Positions 1 through 12,500 of a stretch of DNA of 64,000 nucleotides are shown here, one piece after another (positions within the stretch are counted from its first letter, which is position 1; each line of letters begins with the position of its first letter). The stretch is taken from NCBI RefSeq assembly GCF_037042905.1, contig NC_087249.1, positions 7,628,001-7,692,000 on the forward strand, given 5' to 3'. The position numbers and the translations under genes are program-made. The notes below the pieces were generated by a model. It was not told the origin of the DNA. It ran no database searches and saw nothing but the letters and a program-made list of their open reading frames with translations. This stretch comes from Lytechinus pictus (lineage: Eukaryota).

Positions 1-1993
1 GTCTAAAACATGGGCAGGGCCATTTTCGCTGAGCATGCTTCATGTGCAGGCATGAAATAGGTTACGCAAAGTATTATGCATGGGTCACATGATCTGTGAT
101 CCTGTTTGGTCATCGTGTGTGTTTTAATCTTTTAATTTTCACTATTATCCATAAGGACCAAGGGATTCATTTTATTTATTAAAAAAAAGTATAAGTTTAA
201 TGTCCAAACTACAGCGAGGCTCGAACGAGACTGAATTTCGATTTCAGTAAAGTCCTTCCACTATTTTGAACTCTGATCGCTAAGATTTTATTGGTTGGAA
301 TGTTCATATCAAATGTTATTACAGTTTATTCGAAATTTGGATCGCAACAAATCGCATAGTGAGCGCTGGGCTTAACTCTCAAAACATTGCACAATATCAC
401 ACTACTTTGTTTGGTGCTCAATTACAAGTAGTCCCAATAGGTATTTTGGAACATTGTATCCCGCTCTAAATGCCTCTCAATTTTCACTACATGTATTTGG
501 TACCTAACAAAAATCTGCAATTTTTTCATTAAGCTTTGCCCTGACTTCCTCAATAGTGTGAAATTATTCTATTGTGCGTTTTAAATGATGAAAGTGCCAT
601 ATTGTGAAAGAATGATAATTAAGGAACACTGCATATGAAAACTATGTGTGAATGTGGACGCTCCACCATACTATTTTGTTGATTTTTTTTTTCTTTTAAG
701 GGCTGTGCCCTGGCTTCCTCATAAGTGTGAACATATTCTATGTGTGTGTTATTAATATTAATAGTGCTATTATTGTGCTTCTTTTGTCACATACAATGTA
801 GGGTGACTCGTCAGTGTGCGTGTGCTACATGTATATGTAGTCTAGCCTGGTTTGTAAAAACATTTTACACAGTTATACTTCAGGTGAACAAAAGATGGCG
901 CGTTGCAAAGACGTCACAGTGTGGTGCATTAAATGCCGTTCTCAAGTGCACAAACTTATCTGTCTTCAAATGTGTATTTCAGGATCCAAGTCATAAATAT
1001 TAGAATTACTTATGAACCACATGGCATTGTGCATTACGCTATTGCTAATATTGCACCAAGATATCAAAGGTTGGCTTTGGAGCCACTGACAATATAATGA
1101 GCAGAAACAATACTCCTGTAAAATCCTCTTTTTTTAACAGTGTTTACCAAGTTTTTTTAGTCTAAGGACCTGAAGAAAGAAATTAGATATTCTGAAAAAG
1201 GATTTGGGAATGCTCTGAAAATATTTTGTGTTTTCTGGGCACCATGTGCGTTTGAAAACAACTTGATCCATCTTTAAAAGCATGCTGGTTTAAAGTTCAA
1301 CCATGCTACATGGTCAATACACACAAAAATAAATTTAAACAATTTCCAATGCAGGTATGCACATAAAATGAAAAAAAACCTTAACATAATGTTGCTTTGA
1401 ATACTGGACTCAATGAATCTTTGACTTAATTTCATATCAAAAACTTTAAATGAAGAATGCAAGGTTGCTCCAAAATGTGAGAAGGAACATAAATTTCTTC
1501 TTTTGTAATCATGAGCGTCCTGCCTGACAGATGTATGCACGGTAGAGGAGTCCACCATTATTATTTTTATAATTATGATCACACTATGGAATGTGGAATG
1601 TATCCAACTCTTTAGTGCCAGCTCAAAACAATGTTGGGCGAAAACAGTGAGTTATACAACATTGTTCAATTTAGATTTGAATGGAAAAAAAAATGCATTT
1701 CATTTCAAATCAGCAATTAACAGATTACATATGAGCAACATCTTGGGTTTTTTTTTGTCCAATTCTTCATTGAGTCTTTAAAAGGCCAAGTCCACTCAAC
1801 ATAACATTGATTCCATTTGAATAAAAAGATAAAAATAAATCAAGCATAATACTGAAAATTTCAACAAATTTTGATGTTATAAAGGTTGTGATATTTTAAA
1901 TTTTGGTCAGATGCACTAAAGCATGTGATGCAGAAATTGGGCAGCATTTATGTACAGAATCTAATGAGGTCACACACTCTAACTTCCTTTATC

Positions 1994-2335
1994 ATTATTA
2001 TTTGTTTAGCGTCACCTGTGCCTGGGAGGCGAAAAGCGAACTGAATCACTATGACCCGCAGGTCTCTCCTCCCGATATAACTGATTGGGGTTCCCCCTTC
2101 ACTTATACGAATAGTACAGTGGGTTCTTGACGTGCAAAGGTGGTGTCTCTCCTCTACACAGGGCCTCCATTTAACTTCCTATCCAAGGGACAGGGTGTTT
2201 TCCATTGTAACACAGACTGCATCTATGGAACAGGGGAGAGACATTTACACACAACGCAGGTTTCAGTCATCCACCCGGGTGGACTCGAACCCATGGCCTT
2301 TGCTTTGACAGGCAGATTCTTTACCCACTGAGCAC
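1994..2335 (-). mobile_element. tRNA-derived SINE with Deu/Nin-like core
   Basis: Head GTGCTCAGTGGGTAAAG...GGGTTCGAGTCC (A and B boxes) and (TAA)n tail; 5'-truncated sister copy at 14382-14622 (+). Sits inside a Kolobok-like MITE (about 1780-2635). Confidence 0.8.
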
Positions 2336-3201
2336 TTTTTGTAGTTTTACTACATGTCTATGAAATACAAATATGTGGTTTCACTCCTCCATGAACCTGT
2401 GAAATTATTTGTAACTTATAATAAGTCAATCAAAGCTTCTCTATTATCAAATCTATTTTGTTTTATATAAAGAAAAAAGGTGAGGGAGTTACATCGACAA
2501 CTCTAACTAAATATCTAAATTCTATGACTTTCCCATTTTGCTTTCGACAGTGATGAAATTTTGAATACTGTGCTTGTTTGTGTTTCTTTCTCTACTCACA
2601 AATGAATTAGCTATCAGTTGGACTTGGCAATCTTAATTATGTTCTCATGTTTTGAAAAAGCCTGATTCTGTAAATGAGACATACATTTCTATACTATACA
2701 TATATATTTGACAACAATTCATCAAGCATTTGATACATAGACATGGCATAAAAAGATTTTTTTCTTTACAGATGACAGCACTCTTGTATTTAAAAAAACA
2801 ACACCACCAAATTACTGGAAGACTTCAGCACTGGGGAGGCAAGACCTCGTATATAAAATTATTGGAAAGATCACTCGTTACCATGACAAGACAATCAATT
2901 AAATATTATCCAGAGATAGTCACAGCTCTTAAGAATAAACAAAGGAGACACAAAGCCACATCCATGGAAGACTAAGCAACTGGATGCATTGTTATGTCTG
3001 CCATGTTTTTTTCTTTCTTTTTATCCATTCTGCTGAACACTTGAACTCAATGAGATATGAGGTTTAGTTTTCCACCAAGCATTTGCCAAATACAAATGTA
3101 TGATATGAATAATAGATCATTAAAATACATTTTCTTTGATCTACCTCATACAAATATAAATTAGTTCTATCATTTAAAAAAATCTATTACATCTTAATAT
3201 T

Positions 3202-3590
3202 TCAAGTCCTGACTTCATGGTCACCATAATTTTCTCCCTGATTCAAATCCGTATCATCAGTGTTCTTTTCGTCATGCCCTTCATGTAAACTTTCCTGAGA
3301 TTCTGCTTCAATACTACCATTTAAATTCCCATTAAGTATATCATGTTGTTCCACAAGGTTGTCTCCGTGGTCCTCTATTTTTCCACAGGATCTGGGATCG
3401 TGTATATCTGCACAGGCACTTGTTACCCTCCCTGGGGAATGCTGTTCTGCTTGGGGCAAGTAGCCATTTGTCCCAGCAGGATCCTCGTCATGGCTCCTTG
3501 TTGAATTAGTAATGAACTCAGACGAAAGTGGCCTTGACGGTTTTGACTGGACACTGGACTGGTCCTCCTTTACACAGGAATGTGTTATTT
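3202..3590 (-). CDS. MFSD12: MFSD12 terminal exon, acidic low-complexity tail
   Basis: A phase-1 acceptor (ttgttgaag) joins in frame to ORF 3202..3621; TGA at 3204-3202. Confidence 0.75.
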
Positions 3591-6500
3591 CTTCAACAAA
3601 GGGAAATGGAACGTAGAACACAATTGATTAATTCAAATAGTAGTTTATTCTGACAAACATGTTGCTTGAATAGTCTGTTGAGAAGCAGAAAGAAGCGAGC
3701 TCCTGTATATGGATTCAATACACTCTGGCTGTCAAAGGACTGCCTCCACCCCCCCCCCCAATAACAAAGAAGTATTAAAAAGTGGAATGCCTCTAGTAGT
3801 CTTGCATGCATTACATGATTCAATATAGCAGCAATGCTAACTTAAGAGACAAATTGATCAGTGATACTTGATTAATCTCATGTAAAAGTTTAATTAACTA
3901 TATCCATTCACTTTCAAAGTTAAGATAGCATTTCAAAAACTTAACCTTGGTTAAGATTTCAATATTGATACTTGTACTACTACATTTTTCTTCTACTTCT
4001 ACTACAAATAACAATATTAGCCATTACAATTTATACAGTAGTAATAACATTCAAACACTTTGATAAACAAAGTCATGTGAGTGTCTGGCTTACTTTTTCT
4101 TCTCTTTCCTATAGTGACCGGTATAAGAGTGGCAAGAACAATGATAGCAAATATGGCTGCCCCACCGGTGACGTAGGTCATGACCTCTTTGTAGTATGCC
4201 TTACAGCCTGGGCAACAATGCCTGAAATGAGAAAAAATATGGAAAATGGTTACAGGTATTCATTTCAGGGGCCATGGAACCTAGGGGGGTGGGGGCTTCA
4301 GCCGCCCACTTTTTTCCAAAACCGTGTACAAAAACGTAAAAATGACCATCTGATTGTGATTTTCTGCATGGTTGCCCCCCCCCCTCCACATTCAAAACCG
4401 TTCCGCGACCCCTGCAGTTTAATTATAAGTAAGTTTAATACTAACAAAATGTAAAATATCCCTTTTTTCAGCAACAGCTCTTGAGCACAGGTATAAACAA
4501 ATTTGGTTTTCAGTAGAGTATGTAGAATATTTGCCCAAACCATGATATATTCTAAACCCAACATTTAATATTCTATACAGGACAAAGAAAAATTTACAGT
4601 GTGGTGAAAGTATGATGTCATCATCATCTTTTTTGTGTATGCATTTCAGCACTTTCATGACCATATGTCAATGGAGTAGGAAGAAGAACCTTTAATTTGC
4701 ACACCAATTTCTAATGCAGGCGAGACAAAAATGAGTTCGTCCTCCAAATTTGAAAAAACAACAGGGACTTCTGACCCATAGGCCCGTATTCTGAACTAGG
4801 ATTTAACTCTGTGCTAAAATTATGGGAAGCCAAACATGTTAACATTTGGTCACATGGTATGTTTCTTAAGTTTACTGCATTCTTTCGTAAGACAATTATC
4901 TTATTTTTACTTCCCAGAGAATGTTTTCAGAGTCAAATGAGCTGATATTAATGAACCTCTACTGTTAGAGATTTATGTCACAATTGGCTATCCATAGTTA
5001 AACCACAACTTTAGACCAGAGTACAGGCCTTTGAGTTCATATGTAAACATTATGGTACATGCACACTTTTAATTTCAATGCCTGGCTTTCTTTCATGCAA
5101 ACTTGGGATATCATCAGTTTTGACTATTGAACCTTTGGCCTTTTCAACCCTTTCAAAACTGATGTTAATGGTAATTAAGGATTGCCTGACCATGCAACTG
5201 AAAAGTTTGCAAGAGAAAATGCAAGTAAAAAATAGTTGTATCACAGGGCATTTACATGCAATGCTTGCAAAGAAATACTCTCAATGAAGGCAGAAAAATT
5301 CTCAAACTTAAACCTTCTATAAGAATAACAAAATGGGATTTTCTTTTCTTACTTTTGTCCTCGATAAAAAGAAAAATTGACCTTCCGTCAAAATATAGAA
5401 CTGAATTAGTCAAACCTGTGTAATATCTCCCATGAATACAAATAAATACTAAAATACATACAGTTAATATACCAAACCAATCCCTTAAAGCTCAATTAGA
5501 GCTCATTTAGTTTTAGTACCAAAATTTGAATCAGACTTATGCCAGATTTTACAAGTTGAATGTGAAGAAACATTGCAGATGCACACAGGGGCGGATCCAG
5601 GATTTTCCAAAAGGGGGGGGGGCAAAGTTTTCTCAGGAAAATTTTGACTAAAAAATTTGACAAGCAAAGAAAAAAAAAAGAAAAAAAAAAGGTCTTCACC
5701 TCTGCTTTAATGGCATTCTTACATTACAAATTTTTAATTTTGCTTCTCAAATGGGGGGGGGGGGGGGCACGTGCCCCCCTGGATCTGCGACTGCATGCAT
5801 ATACATGTATTCAAATAAAGATGTCATATAATATTCCACTTGTGACTTTTCACAGAGAACTTCAGTGTATTTCAGAAATGATGCTAACCGAACTACCACA
5901 TTCGACCTACATGTACATATACACCAAGATTGCTATGGTAACTGATGCCTGTAGCCTCATACACATAGTGATTTAATACTCATAATGTAGCTCACAGAAA
6001 TGACATCGCTTTTATTTTACACCTAAATGTGAATTATATCCAGGGGTTGTTTCACAAATAAGCATGATATAGTGAGTTGCACTTAAAGCATCACTGCATT
6101 GGTCAAATATGCACTACTGCGTATTTATCAATCAAATTGAACCTTACTTATCATATGCAAGTCAGTATTTATTAAGCATGACTCTAAATCACACTTATAT
6201 CTTCGAGACACACCCTCTGGTCCTTTACCGTGGACACTTCATTGAACAGGCCACTCCGTTTTTTAATCTCTTTTTTAAAGAAATTATTCATCTTAATTTT
6301 GCCCTTTTCTTGCTCTCCTCTAGCAAAACACAATAAAGATTTGTTCATCTTCTTCAAGTCTTTTATCATAAACAGTGCAATCAGGATTATATTTTTACAA
6401 AAATATCAATTCATGCCATGAGTAATAGACATGATCCCTGAGAAATAGACTGGGAGCATTTAACCCATTGGCTACTGGACTCTGCAATTCCTACAGGCTT

Positions 6501-9500
6501 TTGTACAGGAACTACCTGCTTTCAGAAAGCAATGGGTTAATTCCCATAATGCACACACACACACACACACACCCTCACACACACACACAGAGGCTCTGTC
6601 ATTCAATGAGTGAGCTTATTACTACACAAAACACTAAACCGATCAGATTTTGTAAGATCAATTCAGTTTTCCGAAGACAGATCTATTGAAAGACATGGTG
6701 GAAAACAAAAAGATTAGCATGAAATCCCATACATCCCATGCAGATTAGTAACCAATTGCAAAGAGAAGCAATACATTGTCTCTCATTCACTTTGCTGTTT
6801 ATGCAAAAACCCACAGAAGCTTTGATTTTTTATTGTACGTATGAGATTGACAATCAAAACAATGAAATAAATATTTTCAAAAAATAACAAAATGTAAATT
6901 TTATTCTAAAATGACCAGATACACTGGTGACACGACATTTGCTCCTGCGACAATTGCTCCGGTCTTTTAACATCTCAGAGGGCATAGGGTTAGAGTTAGG
7001 ATTGTAATAGAGTTTTTAGTACAGAATAATGTATATAGATAAGGATTAGAGTAATTTAATTTTGGAGGATAGGTTTTTTGTTTGGCTTTAATGTGCTGAT
7101 TTTTCTTCGGAGCATTTTCCGCGGGAACAAATGTCACGCATGATTCTAGAAAGTACAGTCACTCTGCTTTTGAATTGAAGACTATATCCCAATTAAAAAA
7201 TGATAAAAAATAAAACAGCGTTATTACGGGAGCCATTTTTTAACTCCCCTGACTTTGTAATATTTTTTGAGAAACAAGAGTTTGTCACCCTTGTAGCAAT
7301 AAACCTTTTTACCTTACAACTGGATAGACTGTTGACCTAGGGAGATCATTCAGAAAATATAAGGTATATGGGAAGGGACAAAATGAATAAGGCCATCAAT
7401 AGGTATGTAACAATAACAAAAGGGAAAGTAAAAAAAGAAAGGTCTGCATTTGGACATGTTTGAACATTGAGTATGTATATTTTATGTAATACAAAAGAAC
7501 AAGATCTTGTATGAGGTCATATATAAGATGGTTGTCAGTCTTTGTCAGGAAAAGAAACATGGAATTTACAAAAATGGAGGAATGCTGATTACTTGAATTG
7601 ACCGAGTACATTGGCTAAAATGCATCAACTCAAAAATTTTGCCCTTCTCCATTTTTTATTTTATATTCTTCATTTAGCCAATACATGAATATCTATAATG
7701 TATATGCAATATATAGTGCATTCCACATAAAAGGAAACCCGTCTTAAGAGAAATATATCTTAATAAATAAATATGTTTCAATCATATAATCATCATTAAT
7801 CATTAATCTTTGATCCGAGACCCAAAACTCGCTGAATTGTTCACACGTTGCAAAGTAAAACAATCAATTCTGAGGCATTGGTTTTGATATTAAATTTTCA
7901 TCCTCTTCTTCCTCATCTAACCTTTATCTTATATTTGGTATCAAAATAGGGAGGAAATGTGTGATTTTATTGATTAAAACTGACTCTCGCCTACAAGGTT
8001 TGCATGGAACGATGTGACATGGCCTTAATGAAGCACTGAGCAATTTGTATTGCTCCGTAAATCATCAATCTTTTTATTTCATTTATAAATAAATTCATTA
8101 TAATTTAAAATTTGGTTAAACAGTCTTTCAACAGGCCAGGCAGCCTTGGACTCCTAATACACAAAGACGGAGAGTTAAATTTGACTTACCGGTACATCCA
8201 TTGTTTTCACAATCTTTACCCAATACACAACAATTTGGTAGACTCTTTTTTAACAGTCTACACGACAAGGAACAGTTTATTTTTCTTCAAAAAAATTGCA
8301 AAAGCACATCAAGATACATGCAACCACAAGAATAATAATAAATATAATTAAATAATTCTTATACAGAGCAGAAGTTTGTAAATTACGGCAGAATGTTGCT
8401 AATTTAAAAATTACTCATGAAAATTTGGTGTGAAATATGTGACTGCTGAGAGCACAGAAACTGAGCTTAAAAGCATGGATATAATAGCACCAAATCACAA
8501 TCACTTATTACCAGATTGTTGATGTTTAGAAGAAATTTCAATTGGATTTGAATCTTTAATAGAATATATGTAACATCCAATTTGATATTGGAAGCTGGTA
8601 TGATACTCACACACATGGCTGCATAAGTTGTATGATTTCGACAGCGACACCGTTTGACAACTTGTCTGTGAAGCTCATTGCACCGTACACAAACGCTCCA
8701 CTTTCCTATTAAAGGTTCAAGTAGAACAGAAATACAGAAATATGGCAAAGATAAATATGAATGTGTTAAGACGAGACCTGCCTGATGTATTTTTTTACAA
8801 CAGAATACAACCAAACCTGTCTATAGTGAGCACCAAAATTGCCTCCAATTTAAATTAATAGAGTACAAAAGTGTGACATCATCGATTTTCACTTTTTGCA
8901 TTTCACCGTTTTTTATACCATTTTTGGTAGAGCATGACGAAAAAAAACCCACAACCCAAATACACATATGTATGGTGGGAATCGGTCCATGGGGCCAAAA
9001 GATATGACCTCATGAATACATAATTAGCTCCCATGAAGTCAAAGTATCATTGGCCTGGTTCTAATTGTTAGGAACCCGACCATTGACTTCAATGGGGCTA
9101 ATTACGTATTCATGAGGTCAAATCTCGGGCCGGCCCCCATGGACCGATTCTCACCAACTTTTGGAAGTGGGGGTTTTTCATCATGCTCTACCAGAATATG
9201 GTATCAAAATCGCTGAAATGCAAAAAAAAATTGTGACATCATCACTTTGGTAGTCTATATGTGTCAAGTAACCTGTCTATATAGGTCACCTGTCTACAGT
9301 GGCTATCTATATTTCACTCGAGTTGCTTTAATACACAGGTTTTACTATACATGTAGATGATTTACATGTGACCCATAGACTCTCAATTTTCAAAAGCCAA
9401 CATCGTGCTGTAACAAATTTTCGTTCTCCAAGGTTACAGTGTACACACCAAAGAGATATTCATTTTTATACGAACAGAATTAATAAAAAATCTGATATTA

Positions 9501-12500
9501 AATGAAAGCATAGTCCAAAGGCTGAAGATTAGTCATTTTTCGGTGGTGTCACAATATTGTCATACATGTATAAGACTTACCAGACTTTCAGATTCCCACC
9601 CCCCCAAAAATAGTTTTTGGTTCTGAATTATGTAAAGATTAGGGTTAGGGTTTACTTAGTTTTAAAGGTTTTATGTTTGGCTTTAACATGCAGATTTTTT
9701 AACGGAGCAATTGCCGCCGGAGAAAATGTCCTTGAACCGAATCTGATCTCACGACTGATAGGAAGGCAGATGATATTTTCTTACTGTATTGCATCCAATC
9801 AGATCAGCTGTGAAGGCAAGGGATGTTACTAATACCGTCGATCCACCAGCACCAAGCAAGATGGCTGCCCCATAAACCTGAAGACCAATATTAGGGATAG
9901 CCATCCAGATGCAAGCACCGATGTAAAGCACGGCTCCTATGAAATAGGTCAGCTGTGGACAATAAAAAATATTCAAGAAATAAGATATTCATTTTGTCTC
10001 CAACTATACCACAAGGGTACATGTATGTACAACTGCTGTGTGAAGTAGAGCTTGGCTGCTGTGAAAAAAATCACTTGCAGACTGTGCAGGATTGGAACTG
10101 ACGACCTCTGGATTACAAGACCAGTGTCATAACCACTAGACCATCGGAGTGCCCTTAGTGATCTGGAAACCCTTTTGTGATCTCTATCACCCAACAAATT
10201 GATTAATTGAAAAAAAATATTTATCCCATTACTGGCTATAAATCTGGAGAGCATTTCATGAGGAATATGTCTGTGACTTGAACTGGCAAATGTTATAAGC
10301 TACTGAATATTCTCGCATCTCATTGGCTAAGAGCAAATAGGTCTTTGACAATCACAAACAAATCTCTTCATGAAAGGCTCTCCTGATTTCATGGAATACA
10401 GAATGAAGGAATCATAAATATGCAGCATCACAATATTTGTGCCATTAAATTGTCAAAGAAGGTGCTTTACAACGAAGGTCACAAAATTAACAAACTCAGT
10501 TAAATATCTTTTTCTTTTTTTTAATACATGTACATGGACCATGTTGCAAAAAAAGAAGGCTATCAAAATCTAAAATAAGTTTGAATCAGTTACTACTTAC
10601 TATTTGATATATTTAATGATCATTAAGGAGGGGAACCTTTCCAAAAGTCGCTAGAACTATAACTGAACAGAATACCCTTTCTATGTTTGTGGTAGTAAAT
10701 GCCACACATCAACCCCTTGGTTTTCATGACATTATACAAATAGCGAATAGGCATGAGTGCGATGGTGCGAGATTTCGCATGAGGTGAAAGAAAGATGCTC
10801 TATTCAACGAGGCGTGAGCCGAGTTGAATAGAGCGTTTCTTTCTTTCACCTCATGCGAAATCTCGCACCATTGCACGAATAAGAATATTCGCTATTTGTG
10901 TTGTACAACGCCTCGGAATTTAGCGAAAATATGAAAAAACAAAGAGTTTATCCCTATAGTAATCTATGAAAAGGGAGAAAAAATACCGAAAGCAGAAAGC
11001 AAAATCCCACAAACGCACATGACCTTGGGCAGCTTTTACCGAGCGCAATGAATTAAATCGTATTGTGACGTCACCTCCTAAAGCCGTGCAACGGTACATT
11101 TTGGATGGTACGTCTTTTGTGCAACGGTACGAATGTTTGACATTCAGCCTCCCATATGCTCGCGTACAACAAGCTAAGTAGGCGTTGTACAATATAAATT
11201 GACACATTGATTCTACGAACAGAACATATACGTATGTAGCATGCAAGCTAACTGCAGGGAAATTCTTCAAAAGTATATACATGTATGCATGTTATACACC
11301 GCAAGCATTGACTGGTACATGCATGCTAAATCATGGTTCCCTTGTTCTCAGACAATGTGGGAACACTACCTCACTCCATTTTCTTTGTTTTCATTACATT
11401 TCTTCATACAATGCTAAACATTGGAACACGACCATGCAACTAAATGATAATAATAATAATATAGGGTATTTATATTGCGCACATATCCACCTTGTTAGGT
11501 GCTCAAGGCGCTCCTATATTACCCGGCTCAGCTAGGCGTTCATAGCGCACACAGCTTTGAAAAGCTGCAGAGAAAAATTTCACAAAAAGCACAGAGAAAA
11601 ATTTCACAAAAATAAGTATAGGCCTATCTTATGCATTGGGAGTACTGGATCGAGCATGTATGCTCAATCTGTTTCAAACGCCAATGAAGACAAAACATTA
11701 ACACTACCTCTCTATGTGTTCTTGATTTTCTTGACATTATCAACTCACTGGAACATGGTGGTGCAACTGATTTGCAAATATCGGCTGGGGTGTGTATACG
11801 GAACAGGCAGTAATTACTTTTTATTTTCAGGGGCTCCTTTTTACAGCCTACTACATGTACCTGAATTTGTAACATTGGATAGGATTTAACATTGTAATGA
11901 ATGGGGATTTTCCAAGGCTCCTTTTTCTATTCTTATTTTGGGGGGCTCTTGAGCATTTCGGGGGCAAAATCACTCTGAGCCCCCGTTATTATCTTTTTCG
12001 CTGATATTCAATTTGTTTCCACTTTTTATGTCCAACCATTGAGGAAGATTTCTATCTCTACTGAGTCAATTAGCACTCACCTTTTTTCCTGCTATCCTAT
12101 TTAATGGCTTGGCTACTAGTGTTGATAAAAACCCACTGATGTAAACTGCCAGTGGGGCTAAGGCTACTGTTTCCTGCAAGACAAAATAATGTTAATATAA
12201 AGTTAATTATATGAAATATTAATATTAAGAAACATGAAAAATATAAAATTACATGTAAATAGTATTTGAAACATGGATATGAAGGAAATACAAAAATAAA
12301 TATGAAGTTGAACATGAATTTAATTCAATTAACTTCCTTTCATTCTTATAAAAAAAACTTCTTACGAGTGATACACATTTTCTGTTAGATATATAAAAAT
12401 GCATCCCTGTATTAAATGGTAATAAACAATGAAGTTCAAGGGTTTTCAATGCCAATGATATTCATTTAAAGCATTCTTAATGAGCTGGTAACTGCATGGT

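Noticed and set aside
3972..4454. 160-aa plus-strand ORF
   Set aside because: Antisense to MFSD12 exon 10 plus a MITE; no recognisable protein.
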